From NCBI GenBank assembly GCA_002504495.1, contig DATC01000053.1, forward strand, positions 1-43,477: 43,477 nucleotides of DNA. The letters are read 5' to 3'. Both the position numbers and the translations under genes were made by a program. Source of the stretch: Methanomassiliicoccaceae archaeon UBA537 (GTDB lineage: Archaea > Thermoplasmatota > Thermoplasmata > Methanomassiliicoccales > Methanomethylophilaceae). The stretch's first letter is position 1, and each line of letters begins with the position of its first letter. The notes beneath the pieces are model-generated. The model made no database searches, was not told the origin of the DNA, and saw nothing but the letters and a program-made list of their open reading frames with translations. Shown here in pieces: positions 19,661-28,845 of this stretch.

Positions 19661-20793
19661 CTGCCTCTGGCCCTCTCGGTCTCGATCGCGAGCCCGTAGG
19701 CCTCGACGTACTTCTTCGCGGACTCCTCTCTGGAGGTCTCCAAGGCGGTCCGTCTGGCTCCCTCCTTGATGCCGTCCGGGGCGTCCAGAGCCTTGGCTAT
19801 GGCTTCGGTGCAGCTCTTCAGGTCGTCGAAGAGGAATCCGTTCTCGCCATCGTGCACGATCTCCGAGAAGGCCCTCGCGTTCATGCATGCGACGGGCTTG
19901 CCGCACGACATGGCTTCGAGGATCGAGAGCCCCTGCGTCTCGAATCCGGAGGCGGATACGGCGCAATCGGCCGCGTTGTAGTATGCAGGGAGCTCCTCGT
20001 CCGGCACGAATCCGGCGAAAACGACGCGCTTTCCGAGCCCCAGCCATTCCACCAGGTCCTCCATCTCCTTCTTGGCGGGGCCTCTTCCGCAGACCAGGAG
20101 GACGGCGTCCACGTTGATCATCGCGCGGATGACGAGGTCGAGGCTCTTCTCGTAGGATATGCGGCCCACATGGATGACCACGCGCCTATCGCCGAGTCCG
20201 TACCGTTCGCGGACGAAGCCGCATTCCAGGCCGGGACGGTACTTTCCGACGTCGATCCCAGTGGGGACCGTCATTAGATTGCGGAATTCCGTCTGATGCT
20301 TGCGGAGCTCCTCTCCTATGCAGGCGGTGGGAGTCACCAGCACGTCCACGTGCTTGATGATGTGCCTCAGATAGATCCAGATCCATCTCTGGAGGGCGTC
20401 GGGCCTCACGGGGACCGGGGAATAGAACCTGGCGGCGTCGTCCACCATCGTGTGGAACGTCATGACCGTGGGGATGCCCAGGATCCTGCCGTAGACGAGC
20501 CCGCGTATCGCCATGGTGGCGACGCCGTGTATGTGGATGATGTCGGGATCGATCTCGCGGATGGCGTCGATGTTCTTCGCCGGGACGATGGGGACGTAGT
20601 ATCCTTCATAGGTCCTGAACCGTATGGCGGGATAGTAGTATACCCCGTCCTGCTTGAACTGGTCCTCCGGCTCCGGAGCCACTATGAACACCTCGTGACC
20701 CAGAGCCTCCAGCGATTCCTTGATGATGGACACGGATGTCACCACGCCGTCCCTCGTAGGGAACCAGCTGTCCGTCATCATGGCTATCCTCAT
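19657..20793 (-). CDS. glycosyltransferase family 4 (lipid alpha-glucosyltransferase-like)
   Basis: MRIAMMTDSWFPTRDGV, TFHT, VGRISYEK and ETQGLSILEAM motifs. Confidence 0.9.
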   Translation of the reverse strand: MRIAMMTDSWFPTRDGVVTSVSIIKESLEALGHEVFIVAPEPEDQFKQDGVYYYPAIRFRTYEGYYVPIVPAKNIDAIREIDPDIIHIHGVATMAIRGLVYGRILGIPTVMTFHTMVDDAARFYSPVPVRPDALQRWIWIYLRHIIKHVDVLVTPTACIGEELRKHQTEFRNLMTVPTGIDVGKYRPGLECGFVRERYGLGDRRVVIHVGRISYEKSLDLVIRAMINVDAVLLVCGRGPAKKEMEDLVEWLGLGKRVVFAGFVPDEELPAYYNAADCAVSASGFETQGLSILEAMSCGKPVACMNARAFSEIVHDGENGFLFDDLKSCTEAIAKALDAPDGIKEGARRTALETSREESAKKYVEAYGLAIETERARGR

Positions 20794-20884
20794 GCGGAAG
20801 CGGTACGTCCAGGCAGTAGAAAAAGGAATACCGTCGGGCCGCGGCGCATATCGTATCATCCTGTCGGTATGCGATTGGATTCAT

Positions 20885-20915
20885 CGTCCCATTTTGAATT
20901 ATAATTATATAACCT
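20885..20915. promoter_or_regulatory. AT-rich divergent promoter between the GT4 operon and the hddA-gmhAB operon
   Basis: ATTTTGAATTATAATTATATAACC contains TATA boxes on both strands and the palindrome AATTATAATT. Confidence 0.5.
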
Positions 20916-20967
20916 GAAGGAAATGAGAACGCGAACGGGCCATGTGTCCGCGAAATTGGGTGTTGTG

Positions 20968-21987
20968 ATGGATGGGATACATTACAGGGCCAGGGCTCCG
21001 TTGAGGATCGGGCTGGCAGGAGGAGGTACGGACGTGGAGCCGTACGCCTCCAAGAAGGGCGGTGCTGTTTTCAACACGACTATCAACCGTTATGCGTACT
21101 GCACGATAACGCCCACCTGCGATCATTCCATGTCCGTCATCTCCACAGATTACGGAAAGTACAGCGCGGACCTTCAGGACGGCCCGCTCCCCCTCGACGG
21201 GAATATGGATCTGATCAAGGCGGTCACCAACCATTTCGGCGTCACCGACGGATTCAAGATGTTCCTGCAGTCGGAGGCTCCTCCGGGGTCGGGGCTCGGA
21301 GGCTCCTCCACCGTGATAGTGTCGATCATCGCCGCGATGTGCGAGTGGCTCGACATCAGGATGTCGGGGTACGAGATGGCCAAGCTCGCGTACAAGCTCG
21401 AGAGGGAGGATATAGGCCTCAAGGGCGGGAAGCAGGACCAGTACGCCGCGGTGTTCGGAGGGTTCAATCTGATGAAGTTCGGCGCCGACAGGGTGGATGT
21501 CAACCGTGTGAGGATAGACCAGGATGCCATAAACGAGCTCCAGTACTGCTCTCTCCTGTGCTACACCGGCACGGCGCGCGAATCCGCGAAGATAATCGAA
21601 TCCCAGGTCAAGAAATTCAACGAGGGGCAGAATGAGATCGCTCTGGACAGGACCAAGGCGCTCGCGGAATCGATGGCCGTCGCCATGGAGAAGGGCGAGA
21701 TCCACAGGGTCGGAGAGATCCTCGACGAGGCGTGGAGCTACAAGAAGCAGTTCTCCGACAAGGTAAGCAATCCCGGCATAGACGCGATGTACAACGCAGC
21801 CATCGAGGCCGGAGCCATCGGAGGCAAGGTCTCCGGAGCCGGAGGTGGCGGATTCATGTACTTCATATGCCGTTACGATCGCAAGTACAACGTCGCCAAG
21901 GTTCTGGGCCAGATGGGTGCCAAGGTCACCGACTTCATGTTCGAACCGCAGGGCGTCGTTTCATGGAGATATCCAAATGACCGATGA
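20968..21987 (+). CDS. hddA: D-glycero-alpha-D-manno-heptose-7-phosphate kinase (GHMP family)
   Basis: RAPLRIGLAGGGTD, PPGSGLGGSS, GGKQDQYAA.FGG and GGKVSGAGGGG motifs; ends CGA-TGA. Confidence 0.88.
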   Translation: MDGIHYRARAPLRIGLAGGGTDVEPYASKKGGAVFNTTINRYAYCTITPTCDHSMSVISTDYGKYSADLQDGPLPLDGNMDLIKAVTNHFGVTDGFKMFLQSEAPPGSGLGGSSTVIVSIIAAMCEWLDIRMSGYEMAKLAYKLEREDIGLKGGKQDQYAAVFGGFNLMKFGADRVDVNRVRIDQDAINELQYCSLLCYTGTARESAKIIESQVKKFNEGQNEIALDRTKALAESMAVAMEKGEIHRVGEILDEAWSYKKQFSDKVSNPGIDAMYNAAIEAGAIGGKVSGAGGGGFMYFICRYDRKYNVAKVLGQMGAKVTDFMFEPQGVVSWRYPNDR

Positions 21988-23020
21988 GATCAGAGCCGAG
22001 CTCGCCAAAGCCGTGGATGCCATCTCGAATATAGATCCGTCCCAGATCAGGGCGGCCGCCGACGTCATCCGCGACGCGTTCAGAAGAGGCAACCAGGTCA
22101 TGTTCTGCGGGAACGGAGGCTCTTCGGCCGATGCGCAGCATATCGCGGCCGAATTCTCCGGAAGATTCAAGATGGAGAGGCCCGCGCTTCCCGGCGTGTG
22201 CCTGTCCAACATCGCCCCTGTGACCGCCATAGGCAACGACTACTCCTACGACCTGGTCTTCAAGAGGCAGGTCGAGGGTCTATGCAGAGAGGGGGACGTC
22301 CTCGTCGGAATGTCCACATCCGGCAATTCCAAGAACGTCGTCCTCGCCATGGAGGAGGCCAAGTCCAAGGGCGGGCTGACCGTGAGCTTCACCGGCGACG
22401 GAGGCGTGATGAGGGACATGGCCGACTGCGCCGTGATCATCCCCTCCCACGACACCGCCCACATCCAGGAGGGCTACCTCTGCGCCTGCCACATCATCGC
22501 AGGCATCGTCGAGAGGGAGCTCTTCGGCAGCCGAGCCGTCTTCATAGACCGCGACGACACCATCGTCGAGGACGTTCCGTACTGCGACGATCCGGACAAG
22601 CTCAGAATGTTCCCGGACGTTCCGGCCGCCATAGGCAGGCTGAACGCCGCAGGGTATCTGGTCATACTGATCACGAACCAGTCGGGCATCCATCGCGGAT
22701 ACTTCGACGAGGAGACCCTCGCCAGGATACACGGGCGCCTGAAGGACATGGTATCGGCCGGAGGCGGCCGCATAGACGACATCTTCTACTGTCCCCACAC
22801 TCCCGATGAGCATTGCTCGTGCAGGAAGCCGGAGACCGGGATGGGACTGGCGGCGATCGAGAAGCATCACATCGATCCCTCGAGGTCCTGGATGGTCGGC
22901 GATAAGGACAAGGACGTGGAGTTCGGCAGAAGGCTCGGCTGCAGGACCGTCAAGGTCGGAGACGGGGTATCCTTCTCCGATGCGGTCGACGAGATCCTCT
23001 CCGCCGACGGCCGTCTCTGA
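21977..23020 (+). CDS. gmhA: fused sedoheptulose-7-P isomerase (GmhA) and heptose-1,7-bisphosphate phosphatase (GmhB)
   Basis: GmhA part: CGNGGSSADAQH, AIGNDY, STSGNS, IQE. GmhB part: FIDRDDT, TNQSGI, CPH...CSCRKP, GDKDKD. CGA at the domain junction (22532). Confidence 0.9.
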   Translation: MTDEIRAELAKAVDAISNIDPSQIRAAADVIRDAFRRGNQVMFCGNGGSSADAQHIAAEFSGRFKMERPALPGVCLSNIAPVTAIGNDYSYDLVFKRQVEGLCREGDVLVGMSTSGNSKNVVLAMEEAKSKGGLTVSFTGDGGVMRDMADCAVIIPSHDTAHIQEGYLCACHIIAGIVERELFGSRAVFIDRDDTIVEDVPYCDDPDKLRMFPDVPAAIGRLNAAGYLVILITNQSGIHRGYFDEETLARIHGRLKDMVSAGGGRIDDIFYCPHTPDEHCSCRKPETGMGLAAIEKHHIDPSRSWMVGDKDKDVEFGRRLGCRTVKVGDGVSFSDAVDEILSADGRL

Positions 23021-23126
23021 TCGTGTTTCAGGACAATCGCTTCATCCGGGGCATATCGGTAAATACCGCGCCTTCTGTCGCGTAATCGCAAAGCATATGC
23101 GCGCAAGCGCTCCGAAGGTGTAAACC

Positions 23127-24056
23127 ATGGATAAGACCGAGAAGATCTGGCTTAATGGAAAGCTCGTCGATTGGGAGGACGCGAAGGTCCACGTCCTCGC
23201 CCACGCACTCAACTACGGTACCGGAGTCTTCGAGGGCATCAGGGTCTACCACACTCCGAAAGGCCCTGCGGTCTTCAGGCTCAAGGAGCACGCCCAGAGG
23301 CTCATCGACGGCTGCAAGATAATGGGCATCGACATCGTCGTCGACGGCAAGATCTACGGCCTCGAGGACGTCATGACCGCCATCAAGGACGCGGTCAGAG
23401 CCAACGGCGATGCCGTGGACTACGTCAAGCCCTGCGTCTTCCTCAGCGGAGAGGAGGTCGGACTGAATCCCGTCGGAGTCGAGTCCGCGTTCGCCGTGAC
23501 GTGCATCCACATGGGCGACTACCTCGGAGAGGGCGCCAATGCCGGCGCCAAGCTCATCACGTCCTCCTGGCAGAGGCCCGACTACCTGTGCGGTCCCGCC
23601 GGCGCCAAGGTCAACGGATCCTATGTCGCCTCTACTCTGGCCAAGAGGGAGGCCGTCAGGCAGGGAGCCAACGAGGCCGTCATGCTCAACAAGGAGGGGC
23701 ACGTCGCCGAGTGCACCGGAGAGAACATCTTCATGTACTACCACGGCGAGATCATAACCCCCGCCGTCTCGGAGGGCATCCTCCAGGGAATCACCAGGGC
23801 GTCCATCCTCAAGGTCGCCGCGGATATGGGCTTCACCGTCAGGGAGATGCCCATCACCCGGTTCATGATGTACTCCTCGGACGAGGTCTGGATGACCGGA
23901 ACCGCCGCGGAGATCGCTCCCGTCACCATGATCGACGGCAAGCCTGTCGGAGACGGCAAGATCGGACCCGTGGCCCAGAAGATCCACGAGAAGTTCCGTG
24001 AGATCGCCACCGGCAAGGATCCAGCCTACGATTCCTGGCTCTACTACGTCAATTGA
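23127..24056 (+). CDS. ilvE: branched-chain amino acid aminotransferase
   Basis: HALNYGTGVFEGIR, AK...Y, EC.GENIF, LQGITR and GTAAEI motifs. Confidence 0.95.
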   Translation: MDKTEKIWLNGKLVDWEDAKVHVLAHALNYGTGVFEGIRVYHTPKGPAVFRLKEHAQRLIDGCKIMGIDIVVDGKIYGLEDVMTAIKDAVRANGDAVDYVKPCVFLSGEEVGLNPVGVESAFAVTCIHMGDYLGEGANAGAKLITSSWQRPDYLCGPAGAKVNGSYVASTLAKREAVRQGANEAVMLNKEGHVAECTGENIFMYYHGEIITPAVSEGILQGITRASILKVAADMGFTVREMPITRFMMYSSDEVWMTGTAAEIAPVTMIDGKPVGDGKIGPVAQKIHEKFREIATGKDPAYDSWLYYVN

Positions 24057-25590
24057 AACCCTGCGATCGGCATGGCGGCAGTGCGCCGCTGTGCCGTCGC
24101 ACCACTTCCGGAAGAGGCGGCAACGGCGGAACTTCCTGTTTCGCATACATCGCATCCATGAACGCCGCCGCGAAGATCGGATAGTGCTCCACTCCGTTCT
24201 CGTCCACACGGATGTTGCCGTTCTCCAGCTTGATGAACCTCTTCACGGGATACACAGTGTACCGAGGGTCCGTGCGCAGCTTCTTCATGGAGCCGGATCT
24301 GCGGTTCTTCCCTGATTTGACCTCTACGGTGGCCAGATCATCGCCGAGCACGACAAGGAAGTCGATCTCGATCCGATCCCTGAACTGCTTTCCATCGGCA
24401 TCGATTATCTTGTCGCGTTCGAAGTAATGGAGCTGGAATCCGCATTTCTCGAGCATATTGGCCACAGCGTTTTCGATGATCGCGCCGGCATTGATTCCTT
24501 CATTTCTGCTTAGAATCCCTAGCCGCAATCTGTCATTGGGCATGGACGATTGGAATGCGCTTATCAGGATCCCCGTATCGAAGCAGTACATCTTCATCGA
24601 GCCGTCGTGCCTGCTGTTCAGAGGCAGAACGGGTTCGGTCACGTTGCGGCACAAGGTGGCCATTCCTGCCCCTTCGATCCATCTGATCGCATCCTTGTAC
24701 TCTCTTGCTCCGGAATTATCGAGAGGTCTTGTCAAGCATCTTTCTGCTATAGAGTATGTGAATTTCCTATTGTCTCTTCCGAGTTGTTCCGGCATGGAAT
24801 CGATGCACGCGCGGATGCGAGGTGTGATGGAAGGCGGCGAATAGTCGGCGATATCGATGATGTAGTCCCGTCTGATTCTATCGCATTCGCGATCGATCAG
24901 ATCCCAATCGGGCTGTCCGTTCAACGAATCCGCAATTACTGCAGGCATTCCTCCGATCGCCAAGTATCTTAGGAAATACTGCTCCAAGCTTTTCAAAGAG
25001 GTCTCGTCGAACGGTACCTTGTCACGTATATGGGCCCTGATGTTGTTTGTCGTCGTTTCAGACATCCCCAATGCCCATAGGTACTCTTCGAAATCGAGTG
25101 CGTAGAGCCTGATGATATCTCTGTAACCCATCGGTGATACCCTTCTGCAATCCGACATGATCGAATCCAGCGGGTTCCATTCATTCCCACCATCTGCAGA
25201 CCTTTTGAATCCGTCCACGGTGAGTAGGGATCCGGATGCGATGATGTCGGCTCTTCCGTCTGCAACAAGAGGTTTTATTGCATACATCGCGCCCGGACAT
25301 AGCTGGATCTCGTCCAGGAAGAGCACGCTATTATCTTTCGACGGTTTGAAACCAGGATAATGTACGCTGAGTCTGTCGTAGATGCTGTCAGCGCTGATGT
25401 CTTCGGAGAATATCGATCTGAGCTCAGGTTGCAGACTGAAGTCCAAGTGCAGATACTGCCGGTAATGCGTCTTTGCAAATTCATCCAGAATATAGGTCTT
25501 GCCCACTTGCCTGCTCCCGGTGAGGATGAGACACTTCTTGTTGGGATCCGATTTCCATTTGAGCAGAGTCTCGGTGATCTTCCTTCTCAC
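24049..25590 (-). CDS. AAA_14 / DUF4143 ATP-binding protein with C-terminal PD-(D/E)XK-like domain
   Basis: GSRQVGKT, FLDEIQ, SGS, GGMP, KMY.FDTG and EIDF...EVKSG motifs; GTG start; appears lower in GC than flanks; CGA at 24099-24097. Confidence 0.88.
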   Translation of the reverse strand: MRRKITETLLKWKSDPNKKCLILTGSRQVGKTYILDEFAKTHYRQYLHLDFSLQPELRSIFSEDISADSIYDRLSVHYPGFKPSKDNSVLFLDEIQLCPGAMYAIKPLVADGRADIIASGSLLTVDGFKRSADGGNEWNPLDSIMSDCRRVSPMGYRDIIRLYALDFEEYLWALGMSETTTNNIRAHIRDKVPFDETSLKSLEQYFLRYLAIGGMPAVIADSLNGQPDWDLIDRECDRIRRDYIIDIADYSPPSITPRIRACIDSMPEQLGRDNRKFTYSIAERCLTRPLDNSGAREYKDAIRWIEGAGMATLCRNVTEPVLPLNSRHDGSMKMYCFDTGILISAFQSSMPNDRLRLGILSRNEGINAGAIIENAVANMLEKCGFQLHYFERDKIIDADGKQFRDRIEIDFLVVLGDDLATVEVKSGKNRRSGSMKKLRTDPRYTVYPVKRFIKLENGNIRVDENGVEHYPIFAAAFMDAMYAKQEVPPLPPLPEVVRRHSGALPPCRSQGFN

Positions 25591-25615
25591 ATCATCTTAT
25601 CCGTTCATTGATATT

Positions 25616-25696
25616 ACTAGTTTTTCCAATGTTATATCTAGTGTATTCACTAGTTTTTCCAATGTCATATCTAGTGTATTCACTAGTTTTTCCAAT
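25616..25696. repeat. 33-bp tandem repeat (about 2.5 copies) upstream of the AAA_14 gene
   Basis: ACTAGTTTTTCCAATGT(T/C)ATATCTAGTGTATTC at 25616 and 25649, plus a 15-nt partial copy at 25682. Confidence 0.9.
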
Positions 25697-25753
25697 ATGG
25701 ACAGTTCAATGGTTACGAAGAAATGAAAGGCCGCCCGATGGGCGTAACAGGTT

Positions 25754-26527
25754 TCAAACGGATCGCTTCTTCTCGGAAGGATACATCTCGTAGTAGTCGA
25801 CGCCGTACATCTTGGCGATGATCTTGGCGGTGAACTTGCCGAATCCCCATAGCTGGTGGAAGGTCATGATAGGCACCTTGGGATTCAGATGAGACTCCCC
25901 TTCCGCACGGGTTCCGAAATCGTACTTGCAGTAACGGATGTCCATCTTCCTATCGGAGTACTTCATGAGATCCATGAGGACCTTCCATCCTCTCAGCTCC
26001 ATGCTGCTCCAGTTGTTCTCTATGATCGGGCGGAAGACCGAGCATCTTATGGCGAACAGGCCGCTCATGAAGTCCTTCGTGGTCTGCTTCCCGTGGATAA
26101 GGAAGAAAAGCTTGCAGAAATCCTCCACGGCATAGGATCCGAGCGCCCTCTTGAGTCCCATTGCCATCCTGCTCGTCCTCCTTCCGACGCAGAGGTCCGC
26201 CCCCGCATCCATCTGGGCCACTATCTCGCCCAGTGCCGATATGGGGTGCTGGAAGTCGCAGTCCATGCACATGGCGTAGTCAGTCTCTGCAATGACGAAT
26301 CCCTGCAGGACGGATGCTCCGAGACCTCTCTCCTCGGGTTTTCTGACGAATATCCTCGTCAGAGGGTCGTTCAAGCCCTCGACCTCCTCCCTCGTCCTGT
26401 CGGTGGAGTTGTCGTCCATGAACAGGATGCGGTATTCGGGATACGCGGCGCGTATGGCCTTCGCCATGTTCGCGACGTTCTTCTCCTCGTTGTAGGTCGG
26501 GATGACGATGGTCACCGTACCAGACAT
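25754..26527 (-). CDS. GT2 polyprenol-phosphate (dolichol-P) sugar synthase, DPM1-like
   Basis: IPTYNE, DDNSTD.T, RGLG, MDCDFQH, D.MSG and R..GES motifs; CGA three codons before the TGA. Confidence 0.88.
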   Translation of the reverse strand: MSGTVTIVIPTYNEEKNVANMAKAIRAAYPEYRILFMDDNSTDRTREEVEGLNDPLTRIFVRKPEERGLGASVLQGFVIAETDYAMCMDCDFQHPISALGEIVAQMDAGADLCVGRRTSRMAMGLKRALGSYAVEDFCKLFFLIHGKQTTKDFMSGLFAIRCSVFRPIIENNWSSMELRGWKVLMDLMKYSDRKMDIRYCKYDFGTRAEGESHLNPKVPIMTFHQLWGFGKFTAKIIAKMYGVDYYEMYPSEKKRSV

Positions 26528-26645
26528 GGTGCGTTCGTAGGCCAGGGTTGTTCAAATAGATGATGGGGAGCGATACGGGCGGATGCCTGCAGCAGAGACC
26601 ATCGTGTAGAACATGGATCCGCCGGACCAGCCGGCGTAAATGGGT

Positions 26646-27185
26646 TCAGTCCTCGAAGAGGGTCTTGGAATCGATGATCAGCCAGCAGACGAGGAATCCG
26701 ACGATCATGCCGAAGATGGACCAGAAGCAGAGCATCGATGCGATGGCGCAGAGGATGACCGCGAAGATCCACTTCCTCTTCTTGTAGACCAGCGCTCCGC
26801 ATCCGATGGCGCACACGCCGCTGGCGAAGACCATCGCTGCGATGTACGTGATGTAGGATTCGATATCGTCATGGGTGTAGCTGAGATCATGGCTTCCGAG
26901 CCAGCTTTGGAACTCCCCGCTCTCCCAGATGGCGTCGGCGAGCGCGGATGCATCGGCGAGAGCCATGATGCCGGCTATGGTCACAGGAATCGCGTAGATG
27001 AACAACAGGAACGTCAGCCATGTGCGGCGCATCTCGCCGGCCGCCACAGCGGCCTCGGCGAGGTTCTCCTTCATCTCGGATTCCGCTTCGGAGCCGCTTA
27101 CGACGCTTCCGCATTGCGGGCAGAATTGCATTCCGGGCTCCAGGTTCTTTCCGCATTTGGTGCAGAAATGAGCTTCTTCTTCCAT
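26646..27185 (-). CDS. zinc-ribbon domain membrane protein
   Basis: FCTKCG...FCPQCG followed by 3-4 TM segments. Confidence 0.75.
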   Translation of the reverse strand: MEEEAHFCTKCGKNLEPGMQFCPQCGSVVSGSEAESEMKENLAEAAVAAGEMRRTWLTFLLFIYAIPVTIAGIMALADASALADAIWESGEFQSWLGSHDLSYTHDDIESYITYIAAMVFASGVCAIGCGALVYKKRKWIFAVILCAIASMLCFWSIFGMIVGFLVCWLIIDSKTLFED

Positions 27186-27299
27186 GTCACGTTCTATGAA
27201 TATCGAAGTTATAAATGATGCACAGCCCGTTCTGCATCATGTTTATAAGCAACTTCCGTATCGGACCAGTCACCGACAACATCGGTGGAGTCAGTAAAT

Positions 27300-27659
27300 A
27301 TGAGGAGCTGCAAGACTAACCCTCAGCTCATCGCCACTATCAGTGACCTGAAGGCGAAGACGAGGGAGACCGGCAGTGCCATCTGGCGAGATGTTGCGCT
27401 TCGGCTTGAGAAGCCTAGCAGGAACTGGGCCGAAGCGAACCTCAGCAAACTTGAGCTTTACGCGCAGGATGGAGAGACTATCCTCGTCCCCGGTAAGGTT
27501 CTCGCCGCAGGCACAATAAGCAAGAAGATCACCGTCGCCGCGTACGGATTCTCCGACGCAGCCGCCAAGGCCATCGTCGCCGCCGGCGGAAAGACCATGT
27601 CCCTCGAGGAGCTGGCCGAGGCCAACCCCAAGGGAACCGGTGTCAGGATCATGAGGTGA
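27300..27659 (+). CDS. rpl18e: 50S ribosomal protein L18e
   Basis: KTNP.L, IWRDVA..LEKP, VPGKVL and NPKG motifs; TTTATAA promoter at 27242; contains an internal CGA at 27387. Confidence 0.95.
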   Translation: MRSCKTNPQLIATISDLKAKTRETGSAIWRDVALRLEKPSRNWAEANLSKLELYAQDGETILVPGKVLAAGTISKKITVAAYGFSDAAAKAIVAAGGKTMSLEELAEANPKGTGVRIMR

Positions 27660-27665
27660 TGAGGA

Positions 27666-28091
27666 ATGGTTACCGTTATCGATGGAAGGAATCTCATCCA
27701 CGGAAGGCTGGCCAGCGTCGTCGCCGAGAGGATCATGGACGGCGAGGAGATCGTCGTTCTCAACGCCGAGGCCATCATCATCACCGGAGAGAGGGACAAG
27801 ATCTTCTCCGCGTTCAAGGCCAAGGTCGACCGCGGAGACACGACCAAGAGGAAGGGTCCCTTCTACCCCCGCAGAGCGGATCTGCTCTTCAAGAGATGCG
27901 TCCGCGGAATGATCCCCTGGATGTCCACTTCCGGAAGGGAGGCCTACAGGAGGCTCCACGTCTTCGTCGGAACCCCCAAGCAGTACCAGGACGTCGAGAA
28001 GGAGAGGCCCGCAGAGGCTGTCAGAAAGATCACCGGCAAGTACACCACTCTGGGAGCCGTTTCCAAATTCCTGGGGTCCAATGTGAGATGA
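27666..28091 (+). CDS. rplM: 50S ribosomal protein L13
   Basis: IDG...GRLAS, NAE..IITG, GPFYPR and VRGM.P motifs. Confidence 0.96.
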   Translation: MVTVIDGRNLIHGRLASVVAERIMDGEEIVVLNAEAIIITGERDKIFSAFKAKVDRGDTTKRKGPFYPRRADLLFKRCVRGMIPWMSTSGREAYRRLHVFVGTPKQYQDVEKERPAEAVRKITGKYTTLGAVSKFLGSNVR

Positions 28092-28095
28092 TACC

Positions 28096-28497
28096 ATGGT
28101 TGATGTCGTGAACACCAGCGGAAAGAGGAAGACCGCCATCGCCAGGGCTGTCGTCAAGGCCGGAACCGGAAGAGTGACCGTCAACAAGGTCCCTCTGGAC
28201 GTCTACAGTCCCGAGCTCGCCAGGCTCAAGATCGAGGAGCCCCTCGGTCTTGTTCCCGAGAGGGCCCAGGGCGTCGATATCGCCGTCACTGTTCAGGGCG
28301 GCGGAGTCATGGGACAGGCCGCGGCTGCCAGGACCGCCATCGCAAGAGGACTCGTCGACTTCTACAAGGATGAGGAGCTCGAGGCGATCTTCAGGCAGTA
28401 CGACAGGTCTCTGCTCATCAACGACGACAGGCGCAAGCTGCCCAAGAACCCCATGGGTCCCGGTGCGCGCGCCAAGAAGCAGAAGTCCTACCGTTGA
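28096..28497 (+). CDS. rpsI: 30S ribosomal protein S9
   Basis: GKRKTAIARA, GGG..GQA and GARAKKQKSYR motifs. Confidence 0.97.
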   Translation: MVDVVNTSGKRKTAIARAVVKAGTGRVTVNKVPLDVYSPELARLKIEEPLGLVPERAQGVDIAVTVQGGGVMGQAAAARTAIARGLVDFYKDEELEAIFRQYDRSLLINDDRRKLPKNPMGPGARAKKQKSYR

Positions 28498-28509
28498 GGA
28501 GATATTGGC

Positions 28510-28701
28510 ATGATAATTCCGGTCAGATGCTTTACATGCGGAAAGGTCGTGGGCTCTGCCTACCCCGAGTACGAGAAGCGCGTCAGCATGGGTGAGGACC
28601 CCAAGGAGGTCCTCGACAGTCTCGGATTCGAGAGATACTGCTGCCGCAGAATGATCGTCTCCCATGCCGACCTCATAAAGGACATCGCTCCTCTCGGATG
28701 A
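28510..28701 (+). CDS. rpoN: DNA-directed RNA polymerase subunit N (Rpo10)
   Basis: [12 protein letters not shown]...RYCCRRM. Confidence 0.96.
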   Translation: MIIPVRCFTCGKVVGSAYPEYEKRVSMGEDPKEVLDSLGFERYCCRRMIVSHADLIKDIAPLG

Positions 28702-28772
28702 TGTTCCAATCCCTCGGCGGTGCGTCCGTCGAGGGCAAACCTTTTTACGTAGAAACCAATTCGCCGAATTGT

Positions 28773-28845
28773 GGGCCCGTGGGGTAGCTTGGTATCCTTC
28801 GTGCTTGGGGTGTACGTAACTCCGGTTCAAATCCGGACGGGCCCA
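28773..28845 (+). tRNA. tRNA-Pro(GGG)
   Basis: Acceptor stem GGGCCCG/CGGGCCC-A; anticodon arm CGTGC-TT-GGG-GT-GTACG; T arm TCCGG-TTCAAAT-CCGGA; no encoded CCA. Confidence 0.95.

Noticed and set aside
25616..25696. Possible mini-CRISPR array
   Set aside because: The units are contiguous with no unique spacers, and there are no cas genes in the window.
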